Positions 1 to 12,837 of a DNA stretch of 64,000 bases are shown in pieces (within the stretch, counting starts at the first letter, position 1; each line of letters opens with the position of its first letter). The translations under genes and the position numbers were made by a program. The DNA is taken from the NCBI GenBank assembly GCA_051294375.1, contig CM119267.1, positions 3,097,344-3,161,343 of the forward strand, in the 5' to 3' direction. The notes under the pieces were generated by a model, which was not told where the DNA came from, made no database searches, and saw only the letters and a list, made by a program, of their open reading frames with translations. The stretch comes from Paraspadella gotoi. Lineage: Eukaryota; Animalia; Chaetognatha.

Positions 1-239
1 TAGGACTTGGAACTCTACTCATTACTCGGGCCTTAAAAAGAAAAGTCTAACATAGGCTCAACAGAGCTTTTTTACTTTATCTTGTATTCTTTTTTAGTCT
101 TTTATTATTTCTTTTGTCCCTCTGGGCTTATCCCCGGCCGGCCAAAACCCAGTCTCCTCGACTTTGTCTAAAGTATCAGGGTCCATCACGCCTTCGGTTT
201 TGAAATAAAATAAAAATCGATTGACAAACCAAACCTCAC

Positions 240-390
240 CACCTCGTTCGACGAAGCGGTCGAGAAGGGCGTGGCTGGCCTTTTCGTCGGTTTGACTCGC
301 TGAGCAGTTGGGAAATGTGCCAAAGGTCATTGTGCCCAGACAAAGAACTGAGACTTTGAGGCTCGCAGATCCCATGAACTTCATTTCCAT
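240..390 (-). CDS. Aldo-keto reductase, first coding exon (gene continues beyond the window start)
   Basis: MEMKFMGSASLKVSVLCLGTMTFG...ASHALLDRFVERGG matches the AKR N-terminus (L.VS.LCLGTMTFG). GTGAG donor at 239. Confidence 0.85.
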
Positions 391-1615
391 CCCTGCGCCT
401 TTGGTTTTCTGTAAACTTTCAGAGCGTTTCCAACGGCCTTTTTAGACATATTGAATAGTCTTCTCAATATTGACTTTGTTTAGATAAAAAAATTTGGACT
501 AAAGCTACTAAAAGCAGATAAATAAGGTAAGAAGTTTGTTCAAATGTAATCAACAAAAGTAATAGAAATTGATCAGTAAATAATAGACATTAGGGTGGAG
601 TGATGAAAAGATTGAGTGATTGAATCATTATTTTTTTGCTGCGTATGGACATATATTAATGAATTTTAAACATCCTTTTAAAATTTTTTTTAGCATAGAA
701 CAGTATAGCAAATTCAATTATTTATGTAGTAATATCATGCTTATAAAATCGTCAAAATTTCAAAAATAATTTTTTTTTATTTTAAGAACTGATTTGGATT
801 CGCTGTAAAACTAGAAAACTTTATAAAATTTTATAAGATATTTTAAATGTTTTAGATCACAAAAAAATGACTAAAAACGTTTTAAAACATATATAGTTCT
901 CTACTACAAGAGAATAAAAAAGTCAGAATTTTACTCTTTTTTTCTTATTTTAAACATTTGAAGATGACAGAATTTTTTGATAAACATATGTTTTTATATT
1001 TTGATGATCAACTTTTTAATGAAGAATCTGAATCTTTATTAAAAGTTTTAAATAAAAATTATTTTTAAAATTTAAACTAATTTTATAAGGATATTACTAC
1101 AAATAATATTATATTTTAACTATTCTGTCCCCAGACATAATATGTAAACAAAATATTTTTTGTAACTAGTCAATCATACTATCTCTACATCTAAATATCA
1201 TTGTTCGATTCATTCAAATAAATTTTTTGTTCTTGAGTGCTCCACTCTAATAAGAACATGTCACAAACAAAAACAAAAGATGAATTTTCAAAGAATACTG
1301 GCTTTTTAATTTATATATTTTTTGTTGTCTGACACTACCTTGATGTCAAACGAAAAAAACCTGGAAATTTAGATGAACTGAAAAAAGTAAGCCGATGCAG
1401 CAAAAACAAAAACTATGGACAAGTATGTTTTGGGTGTAAATAAAGATTTATTATTATTTTTTTTCTGGAAAACTAAATTAATATTTGGGCATCAAGTTAA
1501 TAAAAATATCAATAATTCCATCCAAGGTGTAACATAACTACAAAGTTAGTAAACGCCATGATCTCACAAATGTTGGTATGGGAGTATGTACTTTGTACAA
1601 TTGTACATTATCACT

Positions 1616-1740
1616 TCCCAGATCGCCTTCCGTTGGCCTGATCCAAAAGGATCTAGTCTCCTCGGTGATCGTCGGCTCCACCAAGATGGAACATATGTTT
1701 GAATTTTTTCATCTAATCAAACTAAAATACCTAGTCCATG
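1616..1740 (+). pseudogene. Frameshifted fragment of an aldo-keto reductase C-terminal exon
   Basis: Reads QIAFRW, one extra base at ~1637, then LIQKDLVSSVIVGSTKMEHMFE, matching the AKR motif Q.AL.W.L....V.S.I.G.TK..HL.E. Opposite strand to the AKR exon at 240-390. Confidence 0.7.
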
Positions 1741-2576
1741 TCTGCCTTGTTGAATAAACCCTCACCTCAGTAACGGGTGATCCATTATGTGTTGTCTAAC
1801 AATAGAGAACACAGATGAAGTAGATTTATTCTTCAGAATAGATCGATTTACGGAAAATCGAAAAATTTCACATTTAATTTTATTCAATTTTATTTTTTTA
1901 TCATAAATACGCATAGACAATTTCTTTTAGCACGCAAAGAAACTCAGGAATTCAAAGCTGAATTATACAATGAAAGAAAACCGGTAAAAGCCTGACGCTT
2001 TCCTGACGTAATGAATACACAACGAAAAGAGTATGGCGAAATCTTGGGGAAGATTTCTCCCGTTTTTTTGCCATCTCTTCAAATCAGAAAACTATTTAAA
2101 AGAGAAAGAAAAAAAAAATGACCGCTGAACCGCGGAAACAATTATAATTTATGAAATTGTGTTGAAATGACTGAAGGGAGAGAAGGTCCCATGCCTCTCT
2201 TAAGGGGGTGAATATTAGATATCCCCAACACCTAGTGTGCCCAGTGGGTGAGCAAAAATATTTCGGAGGCTTAACTGATAAGTGACTATATTTGCAAGGA
2301 CCAATTCCTACCGCGGACTTTCTGGGAACGGATGGTTCTCAGCCTCGGAGCAGTATGTATCACGCACTACGGTAAGATCGTTTTGCTAATAAGGGGGGAG
2401 GGGATTTAATTAACAATATCTTTCAATGGTCAACGAATGAACGATGATAATAAAAATCCGAAAACACGCTTTAACCCACAATTACGTTTTATTCACGTTA
2501 TCGTCGAGTATTTAAAGGATTTGAAGAAAGTAAAAAAAAAAAAAAAGTCAAACCAAAACAATAAAAAAAAAAATGT

Positions 2577-5500
2577 TCAGTTTAAAAAGTGAATGAGGTT
2601 TTGTTGGTGAAATCCTGAGTTACGTCTCGTCTTCTTGGACGGCGTGGGTGGGAGGTCGTTGAAAAGGAGGTACGCCAGGAGGCGCGTCGGTAGCGGGAGT
2701 CGAGCGATGCGGTACGGCGTGACTAGTCCGCCTCCCGGTGCCTGAAAACAAAAATAAACGTTTGTCTTTTGTCATGCGCTTTGCGCTTTGTGTTGCATAG
2801 ATACTCTCTCTATTTCCAGAAGACAACACTAACATCACAAGCAAGAAACATTAATATTAATATTTAAATATTATCTTAAACATTCCTTGAGAAATAGTAA
2901 AACGTCTTGTAAATTCTATTGTCGAAAATGTCAATTGAGGGAAATTTAAAATGGATCGTCCAAAGTCCCTCAGTCTCTAAACCTGAACGACGATGTCTCT
3001 GACGGCGAGTCGCGCCAGATGTTGGAGACTCTTCGGATTTTTGGTCGACAAACGAATCCACTCTAAAGTCTTTAAGTGGACGGCACGGTGAGCTGGGGGC
3101 AAGCTGCTGGAAAATTTAAGGAGAAAGATATAATAAAACTAAGCAGAGATATGAATAATAGGCGGATGGGGATTGTACGCGGATGTAAGCAACAAAAAAA
3201 AGGCGATAGAAAATAAATTTAGATTGTCGTCAGTAATAAGGATTTAAACTAAATTGATACAACCAATGTAAAAAAATTATTTATTGATTAAATAACCAAG
3301 CTAACTTGCCTATGACTTTGGACTGGGTTTGGTGAGTTAAGGACTTCATCCGTCTAACATGGTAATAACATGGAAGGAACGTGCAAGTGTCTGCAAGACT
3401 CTCTCACAGTCTCGTCCAGAGAACCTGCCTTTCCTTTCCATGAATTTTTTTCTCATATTTCCAAGAAAGTTTTAATTATAAAAATAAGACAACTCCTTTG
3501 AGAGTTCTTTAATATCCTTACCCGATTTCTGAAGCCGTACTCGTAGTAGGGATTAAATCCGGTTTTGGACGAGCAAACCGCGGCGATACTCGGGTATGAC
3601 CCAACCTCGACGGCCAACCATGAAGGGAAGATTTTTGGGCAATGGATGGTGAAATGGGCGTCCGGAAAATTCTAAGGATAAAAAAAAAGACAACAACAAC
3701 AACAAAAATGAAAAAAAAAAACAAACAAAGAAGTGGTTAATTTTTAATCCCGAGTTGCGCACGTGTATGAATAAACAATACATACAAATTTTTTCATAAC
3801 AATTTCAATATCCAATTTTATAACTTATAATTTTATTAAAAAAAACAAAAGGTAAGCCCTAATTAAATCACAGTAAAAAAAAACAAAAGACCTCACTGCG
3901 CATTAAATTTTAAGTCTTATGATCGCCTTTTAAAGTTTATCAGCAAAACGTGAAACTTCACAAAATATGAATATAGGTCATAGGTTTTATGTTACTTACT
4001 TTCATACCAAATATGAACTAAATTGATAAAGTATTAACCAACTTAAAAACATTTTTAATGTAAATGGGATAGACTGATGGACAAATAAACAGACAGTCAG
4101 ACAGACAGACCGAAAAGTGACTTATTGAGTTGCTCCGCGAGTACTCGCGGCGCACCTAAAAAAAAAAACCCTAGTGAATTTGAAAAGCGGCAACGGCGGC
4201 GGAAGCTGCATACGAACCCTGATGGTCATGTCGCAGCCCGCGACCGTGAGAATGAGCACGATCTCCACGTGATTGTAGAAGACGGCGAGCCAAAGCGCCG
4301 TTTGGCCGCGATGATTCTGACGGTTGATGTTCACTTTTTCGTATTGCAGCAACTCTGCACAAGTTAAATGCGACAGGATTATTTGTTTCAAAAATAAATC
4401 TCTTTTTTTTTCAAACACCTTCAAACTCTCAAACTCAGATCAAATAATTGACTGACTTACCCAAAAAGCCCCCCCCCCAAAAAAAAACCGCGAAAAAGGT
4501 GAACTCACCTCTCGTCGCAGCCGAGAATCCCCACTCGCTCAACAGATGCAGGGCGGTGGATCCTGCAACATCTTGAAGATGAGGATCGAAATGATGTTGC
4601 ATGAAGATGCGCGTCAAATCTTTCACGTATCTGAAGTCGAGAAATTTGTTATATGGAATTTTGAAATCAATGAATTAGTCTAATCAACCTCGATTGATCA
4701 ATAAATCAAGACAATAATGAATCGAATTAATCATTCTAATCGACAAATCTAAGATAATCGAAATCAAATCAAATCAATCACTCAATACTCGTGCGATCTG
4801 AAGACAATGGCCTCCATAAGCGGAGTTCGATGAAGTCTCTTATTCTGGACATTCGGACTCGCGCCGTGTTCAAGCAATTTTCTGTGTGAACGAATTGAAC
4901 CAAGTATCAAATGATTGAAATTCATTCTTTATTATTAAACAAACCTAGATTAAACAAAAATCGTACATACCTGACGAATTTCCGATCGACCAAATTTATG
5001 TTTCGAATGACATAATTCAACGCCGAAACTTTCTCTCCGTAATCAACCCTAAAATTGGATAAAACGGAGGATTTAATGTTGTGATTCTCTCGTTAATTTC
5101 CTTTCTTTTTACCAATATTGCAATGTTTATCGTCTGAAGTCAGCAGATTGGCCTAAAAGAAAACGGGCCGAGTACGTTATCATAGCGTGGCACCGATCTC
5201 CCTCACTAGCAGCGGGCACAGGATCTGGAAGGAGACTCCTTAAAACATCTTACTCGCTCGATGGGGATGCGAACTATGACCGTCTGCGGATAACTGAGAT
5301 TGCTCCTCCCATCCTTCGCACTAATTTTTTTTCTCATTTTTCTTTCGCGTGCGAGGCATCAGCGAAGCCGACGACCCTGCAGGCAACCTGTTGACCGTTC
5401 CTCTCCGTTAAGGCGCCGCAGCAACCAAATCGAAGATCCGCTCGAACAGCGTCGGGATCCGAACCGCAGTGCGACCGCCAATCATCATAACGGCGTCGCG

Positions 5501-7250
5501 AACGCGTATCAGGTAGTCGGTGATGCTGGATGAAGGAGAACGGTTCGGTGCTCCTCTCTCTCTCTCTCGTCTTTCTTTCTTCCGCTCTTCATCTCTCTCC
5601 CGTCCTCGTCTCTCTTACTTTCCTCTTCTCTCTCTGCTCTCCACTCAGAGCTCTCTCTCTTCTTCTCTTCCACTTTGAGGTTGGATTTATCTCAACTCTC
5701 TCTCATCTCATCTCATCTCTCTCTCTCTCTCTCTCTCATCGCCTCTTGTGATTGTTATTCTTAACATCTCCATCATGGTATAGTACATACCATTGGACAA
5801 ACGGAAGCTAGCTAATAGTAACTATACCATATTTTATAATTTCCGTCACGAACTTTCATATTTATAACATTATAATTTGGCCAACTTTATCAAGCTAACT
5901 TGAACTGGCGCCGTTGGTTGAGAGCCATGGGGATCTCAACGCCTTTGAACCGTTGGAGCAATGAATCGCCATGTGGAGCGGGCCGTTTCCCCCCAGGAAT
6001 CGTAGAATCTGTCTCCACTTCCGGTTTTGGATTCGACGCCGTTTCTGGAGGAGGAGACTCCAGACAAACTCCAAGGCGCTCATTCTCGAATGATGCCGTG
6101 GAGCGGGGAGAAGTCTCAGATCGGAGTCGGACCCTTGTGTTTTCGGTGGGGGGAGGGGGGGGAGGGGAGGAGGGAAGGGGGAGAGGATAGAGGAGAGGGG
6201 GTTGGAGGAAAGAGGGGGAGGGATAGAGGAAGAGGGAGGAGGAAGAGGGGAGAGGGATAGAGGAAGAGGGGGGAGGAAGAGGGGGAGGCAATAGAGGAAG
6301 AGGGGAGGAGGAAGATGGGGAGGGATAGAGGAAGAAGGGGGAGAAGAGGGGAGGATAGGAAGAGGGAGGGAGGAAGAGGGGGGGATAGAGGAAGAGGGGG
6401 GAGGAAGGAGGGGGAGGGATCAGAGGAAGAGAAGAGGAGGAAAAGGAAGGGATGGATAGAGGAAGAGTAAAGGAGGAAGAGGGGAGGGATAGAGGGAAGA
6501 GGGGGAGGATGAAAGGGAGGGGATAGAGAAGAGAAGCAGGAGGGAATGAGGGGGAGGATAGAGGAAGAGAAAGAGAGGAGAGAGCAAGGGGAGGGGATAG
6601 AGGAGAGAGGGAAGGAAATAGGGGAGGCGAGAGAGGGAGGTTTAACTTCGTCGGTGGAGGATAAGCGACCATTAACTTGAATTATATTCAGTCAATAAAT
6701 CAATCAATAAATCAATCAACCTATCAATTAAATCAATCAATCAATAAAATCAATCAATCTATCAATCAATAAAATCAATCAATCAATCAATAAAATCAAT
6801 CAATCTATCAATCGATCCATCAATCAATAAAAACAATCAATCAATCAATCAATCTATCAATAAAATCTATCAATCGATCCATCAATCAATAAAATCAATC
6901 AATCAAAGTTTCTTTTGATGACTTTGATTCATCTCACCCATTTCACTCTGGACGAATTTCAAGACTCTCTCTCTGTCGTTGCCGACGAGCGCTTGCATCA
7001 ATGCTGCCTTCTTGGAGAGGTTATCGGATCCAGAGAGGTCCACCTTCGGAAACGAGGACGACGACGACGACGATGACGACGACGAAAGGCTAAAGACCGA
7101 GTGGGATGCTTGAGCGGCGGGAAGGATGGCCGCCGGGGAAGGAACAGGCGCAGCTTCGGCGGTGACGGGATCCGTTTCGAGCCCCAGGCCGCCGCCGCCG
7201 CCGCCGCCGCCGGAATCGTCCAGTTCTCCGTCAGCGACGTTATCGTCCAT
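2577..7250 (-). CDS. Ankyrin repeat and SOCS box (ASB-like) protein, multi-exon
   Basis: Exons 7250-6938, ~6133-5900 (error-rich), probable error-rich exon(s) ~5130-5530, 5048-4971, 4881-4789 (KLLEHGASPNVQNKRLHRTPLMEAI), 4630-4509 (GSTALHLL), 4354-4218 (GQTALWLAV), 3671-3522, ~3106-2983 (NPKSLQHLARLAVR) and 2741-2577 (IARLPLPTRLLAYLLF). The last two form a split SOCS box. Phases are consistent across the clean exons. Confidence 0.88.
3250..3430 (-). mobile_element. Degenerate 3' fragment of non-LTR retrotransposon family A
   Basis: Diverged match to the AAATTGGTACAACCAAT...GACTTTGGAC...AAGACTCTCTCACAGTCTCG block repeated across the window. Confidence 0.6.
4040..4165. mobile_element. DINE-1-like Helentron-associated element (family B), partial
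   Basis: (GACA)n microsatellite, GAAAAGTGACTTA and terminal stem-loop CCGCGAGTACTCGCGG followed by an A tract. Confidence 0.7.
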
Positions 7251-7611
7251 CGTGAAGGTCGGCGATCAACTGGAATAGACGTTCGTCGTCAAAGGCGATC
7301 GTCGTCAAAGGCGATCGTCGTAAAAGACGATCGTCGTCAAAGGCGATCGTCGTCAAAGACGATCGTCGGAAAAGAAGATTGTCACAGAAATCAGCGACAT
7401 CGACGGCGAAATAAAGTCGGCGATATTTCGACGAGAGTTTCCAATGTTCCTTTAGCCGCTACTCGGACTCGTATTGGCTTAAAAGTCGTTTAGTCATTTC
7501 GGTTAAACCTAAAACTATACTTTTAAAATAATACTTAGACGTAAAGACGATTTTCTCTCAATTTTAATTATCATCGTTTATATATATATTTAATTTATAT
7601 ATATATATATA

Positions 7612-7812
7612 TGAAATTGGTACAACCAATATAAAAAATATCATAAAAATAAAAATTAATAAGCTATCTTGCCCCTGACTTTGGACAGGCTTTGGTGGTT
7701 TAAGGCCTCCATCACTCTTACAAGATAATGACATAGCAGGTCCCTGCAAGCGTTCAATCAAGACTCTCTCACAGTCTCGTTTATTCACTCCCAGTGTACC
7801 TGGCTTCCCTAT
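7612..7812 (-). mobile_element. 3' fragment of non-LTR retrotransposon family A
   Basis: Near-identical to the copies at 15404, 19041 and 39343. Shared fixed end (..GTACCAATTTCATA) next to (TA)n; the other end is variably truncated. Confidence 0.75.
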
Positions 7813-8462
7813 ATATATATATATATTTAATTTATTATATTTTATATATTTATTTGTTAGGACCCGCTGGTCCGTCCCTCCAGATTAGAAAAAAGAAACA
7901 AGACTGGACAGGAATAAATAAGAAAAACCAAGCAATAACCTCATTGGTGATCTCGGAAGCTGATGGGACGTTGCTTTGCTCTGATTGGCTGGATTAATCA
8001 TCGGTGCAATGAATTTCGAAAAAAAAAAAACCAAGCGAGTTTAATATGGAAGACTCGTTATACGAATCGTTTGTAATCCGTTTGATCGACAGGGTGACGT
8101 ATAAAGATTTCAGTGAACTTACAATAATTTTCTTGTCCGTTTCTTAAATCGGATTCTCTGTCTCTGTTTAGTTTTTAGCTAATGCAGCTCCTGCGGCGGC
8201 TGCGGCGGCGTCGCCGGCGTTATGCGCGCGCAGCCTGATCCGTATGCCGCGTCGTTTTCAGACCTTTCGAAAATCCTCAAGAAAAAGAAAAGGAAAAAAA
8301 AAAAGCCATACGAAACAAATTGTGGCTGTATTGCATTAACTCGAAATTTATCAACTGATGGAAATTAATTTTATACATAGATAAAATTTAGTACATTGGT
8401 TTCTAAACCGTCCGAAGAAAAAAAATCGGCTTTACCAAACTTTTCTCGCTCTTCGTTAAATC

Positions 8463-8676
8463 GAAAAGGTAAGGAACCGTGCGTCGTTCTATGAACTGAA
8501 AAGGTAAGGAACCGTGCCTCGTTCTATGAACTGAAAAGGTAAGGAACCGTGCGTCGATCTATGAACTGAAGAGGTAAGGAACCGTGCGTCGTTCTATGAA
8601 CTGAAAAGGTAAGGAACCGTGCGTCGATCTATGAACTGAAAAGGTAAGGAACCGTGCACCGTTCTATGTACTGAAA
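8463..8676 (+). repeat. 35-bp tandem repeat, 6 copies, each containing AAG|GTAAG
   Basis: Unit GAAAAGGTAAGGAACCGTGCGTCGTTCTATGAACT repeated head-to-tail. Confidence 0.95.
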
Positions 8677-9307
8677 ATTTGCTTTGTTTCTATTTTCGTT
8701 AGAATTGTTTTAGTTCAAGTTCTCATATTTAAATAACCAGGTTCGTCTGAAACGACCTAGTATCTTAAAATTAGTTTAAAATCTATGAGTTAAACTCAAA
8801 GTCATTTACATCCTATTCTTTACAATGGCAAGGCCGCTAAAAATTAACAAAGCTACTTAATGCAATACAATACAACGCATTATCTACGCCACGAATACAT
8901 AAAGTTACGAAATCTATCTGTCGAACTATTGTTATTTTAATCTAAGTTTTCTATACTACTAAAACTTTGAAGATCTGCTTTTAAAAACCTAAAACATTTT
9001 GTTTCGACTCATTGCTTGGAGACTAGCTCTTTCTCAATCTTCTTTTTATCAAACACATTAGTCGAAAAAAAAGGGTGAAGGTTCATCTCGATTCTAAATC
9101 TTTCGATCGCCCACATTGAAAATTTCCCAAAATTCATTTAATACATTCAATTCATTCAATTTCATTCCATTCAATTCAACTCATTCAATTCAATTCAATT
9201 CAATTCAATTTTTTCCCCTCTCGTCCCATCCCACACAAAGAAATCTCTTCCCGATCGTAATTCTTGGAATTAGATTCGATATTTTTTTTTTTTCGCTAAA
9301 ATATAAA

Positions 9308-9644
9308 AAAACAAGAACGGTAATTCAAATGTGTTGCGTCGCAGTGTGATTATCACGTATGATTCTTGTGACATGACATGACATGATATAACGTGACATG
9401 ACATGACTACATCATTACCATAACTTTTTTAGCCCGTGCATTTATGATACGCACTGATTCTTTATAGTTTTCGGATTTCCTAAAGGCAGCGCGAGCAGTC
9501 CCTTAGATTTGAGGTTTTTTCATGCCTTAACAAATAAGCAACCAAACTATATGCAAGTTATTAGCATTTTTAACGTAAGTGGGACAGACCGAAAAGTGGC
9601 TTATAGAGTTGCGTCGCGAGAACTCGCGGCGCAACTAAAAAAAA
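9308..9644. mobile_element. DINE-1-like Helentron-associated element (family B), near full length
   Basis: AACAAG end, (CATGA)n, GGGACAGACCGA, and terminal stem-loop CGCGAG..CTCGCG plus CAACTAAAA. Homologous to the 29935 and 35752 copies. Confidence 0.75.
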
Positions 9645-9646
9645 CC

Positions 9647-9717
9647 TGCATCGGCCGGGAATCGAACCCGGGCCGCCCGCGTGGCAGGCGAGCATTCTAC
9701 CACTGAACCACCGATGC
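9647..9717 (-). tRNA. tRNA-Gly (GCC)
   Basis: GCATCGGTGGTTCAGTGGTAGAATGCTCGCCTGCCACGCGGGCGGCCCGGGTTCGATTCCCGGCCGATGCA: full cloverleaf, GCC anticodon, T-run downstream. Confidence 0.97.
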
Positions 9718-10101
9718 ATCTGTTCCTCGGGAAGTAACCACAACTTATTTACATCGAACGACATCCGGTTTTATTCTCAGCGATTAGATTCTCTTTTTTT
9801 ATCTCACAAAAATATCGGAGAGGATCAATGACCTTTCCACGGCGCTTTAATAATAAAAAATTATAATAGTAAATAATAATAATAACTCTCTTTACATTTT
9901 TTTATTATTTAATTCGATTTTATTTTTTCTCTCGTAGTCAATTGTTCTTTTATAAACATAATTTTTAAGCTTTTTTTTATACCACCCGAATATTCATCCC
10001 TAAGATACATACCAGAGATTCATCTCTGAGATTCATTACTTAGATTCATCCTGAGATTCATAACTGAGATTTTTCCTTACTTCACTAACTTCCCTTTAAA
10101 A

Positions 10102-10142
<41 letters not shown>

Positions 10143-10154
10143 CTCTTCTCTCTC

Positions 10155-10192
<38 letters not shown>

Positions 10193-10442
10193 TCCTCTCA
10201 CCCTCCTTTGAATGACATCCGAGTTTATTTCCTCTGGTCTTAGCCTTCACGCCTTCGCCCACGCCTCCCTCTTCCTCCTCCTCCTCCCCTCTTCCTCCTC
10301 CTCCTCCTCCTCCTCCTCCTCCTCTCCCACGCCTCCCAATTTTTAATTCTCCAAATTCAAATCCCTTTTTTTTTCATTTCACAATAACATCGCTTGAGTG
10401 AAAACATTATCTGTCTTCTTTATATCTGTCTGTCGTCTCTCT

Positions 10443-10531
<89 letters not shown>

Positions 10532-10930
10532 ATGACAACGACAAAATCAAAAAAAAAAAAATAAAAAATAGTTTCACATTTCCCCAAAACTCGAGAGACA
10601 GTAAGATTTCTTTCCAATTTTTAAGGATGAGAAATATTGAGAATCTGAAAGTGACGTTAGCAAAAAATTCTTTCTCGAAAAATAAGAGAAGAAAATTGTC
10701 AGAAAAGAACATTTTTCGCCAATCGGAAAAGTAAAATTGAAAAAAATTTCGCAATGATAAACTTTTTTTGTAACCAATTTTTTTTTTGGCAAGGGGGTTT
10801 GCCGAGCTGATAAGAAAATAGCAAATGTGACTTATAAAAAGATGTTTTTAAACCCAAAATTGGTTTACATAGATGCATTACAACTGTGCATATAAAGTCG
10901 CGTATCCCTTTTCTTTTGGTACCGACTGTC

Positions 10931-10990
<60 letters not shown>

Positions 10991-11188
10991 TTCTCTCTTT
11001 CTCTCTTTCTCTCATTTACATTTACACACTGTTAGGCACAATGCTTATCAAAAAAATTGACAAAATTATTTCCCGATCGATTTTCCACAACCACAAGTTT
11101 TTGTTCCGTCGACTGATTCTAACTCCTAAATTGAAAACCGGTTTTTGTCCAACTGTCTATTCGAATCGAGTTTAATTTTTAGTTGGGG

Positions 11189-11322
<134 letters not shown>

Positions 11323-11599
11323 CTTCCCTCTTGTTTCATTTTCTCTACGAATCAAAACTGGAAATTTAAACCCGTCGTCTCTCTCTCTCCCTCTCTCTCT
11401 CTCTTTCTCTCTCTCTCTCTTTCCCTCTCTCTCTTTATCTAAATCTTTGTTTTTTCTTCCTGTTTTGTTTCGGCAGCGGAAACGAGGAAAAAACCAAATA
11501 AAAAAAAATCGAAAAAAAAAAACCTGAAAAAAAAAAAACAAGAGAAAAAGGAAAGTCTCTTCCGTCCCTTTTGTTTTTCATTTTTCCTTATTTTCTTTG

Positions 11600-11716
11600 T
11601 TATCTTGTAAGAGTGATGGAGGCCTTAAACCACCAAAGCCTGTCCAAAGTCAGGGGCAAGATAGCCTATTTATTAAATGAATGGATAATTGTTATTTTGG
11701 TAGTACCAATTTCATA
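11600..11716 (+). mobile_element. Short 3' fragment of retrotransposon family A
   Basis: Reverse-orientation copy ending GTACCAATTTCATA. Confidence 0.7.
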
Positions 11717-12340
11717 ACATTTTCGGTTCTGATTTCCTCTGCGATGCTCTGTTGTTTTTCCCCTAAATTCTCCGTTTTTTTTTTAATGACGTTAAAATTA
11801 AATAAAAAACCGTTAGAAGTTACGAAATCTATTGAAATCCACAGGGGAGAGAGGGAGAGAGAGAGAGAGATATTGTTTATAAAAAGGGTTCGAAACAGCA
11901 TTATTTTTGAATGAAAAACGAATTTTTAATCTTTCCAACAGGACAATTTTAAAATCCGACTTACTCAAAACTTTCGTCATTCCACCGCGGAAAAGAAATC
12001 ACCAATCTCCATTCACGCCTTTTGGTCACGTGACGCCTTCTAGGTCATGTGACTGTGGCGTGGCAATCGAAAGTGAGTATCATCGAATAATAGTAATAAC
12101 AATAAGAGATAAACCGCCAGATATTTAAACGGACGATAACCACGGAACTCTTTTGTACACTGAATCCGTTTTAACCGAATTGAATTCGAAATCTGGTTCT
12201 TCAACCGAATATAAAAATATGAGGGGTTAGGGTTAGGGTTGTACCAATTTCATGAAACAAACAAAAAAAAAAGGATCATCTGATCTCAGCAGTCGACAAC
12301 GAAGAGCTTTAGACACTGAGCTTCCGGGTTGTCAACCGAT

Positions 12341-12386
<46 letters not shown>

Positions 12387-12837
12387 AGCTTGTTTTTTTT
12401 CGCCCGTACTTTTCCATTTCGTTGACAAACGCCGATGAATCGACAAAAACCGATGTTTCGTTTTTAATTGAACGAAATTGGAATAACCAATATAGATTTA
12501 TCCAATCATTTAATAATTAAGCTATATTGATTTTAAAAACTAAGCTATATTAATTTTTTTAAATCAATTTTTTTTTAGTACACAGAAGTTATTTTACATA
12601 AAAAAAAAGTTTTACGACTTTCAACGACGAATGAAAGGGAACCAGATTTCGGGTAACATTCAACTTATAATTTTATCTTATCAGCTCGAACCATCGAAAA
12701 TCGGTGGCCACGCCTCTAAAATCGGGGAGCGCGTCTCGAAAATCGTCGACGCCATCTCGAAGGTGAACGACGCCGCCGACGCCGCTGCTGACGCACCCGA
12801 CGCCGCCGAATACCGCAACTTCGGAGCGACGACGACG

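Noticed and set aside
1345-1400. Tc1 transposase C-terminal remnant (KRKKPGNLDELKK)
   Set aside because: Too short, with no TIR or DDE region visible.
5100-6140. Pseudogenisation or programmed frameshifting of the ASB gene
   Set aside because: Dense single-base insertions are confined to patches next to low-complexity DNA while other exons are clean, so unpolished sequence is more likely. The same holds for RASL10 exon 6.
8463-8676. CRISPR-like array (35-bp repeats)
   Set aside because: Units are head-to-tail with no unique spacers, there are no cas genes, and the context is eukaryotic. The same applies to 25963-26186 and 46601-46882.
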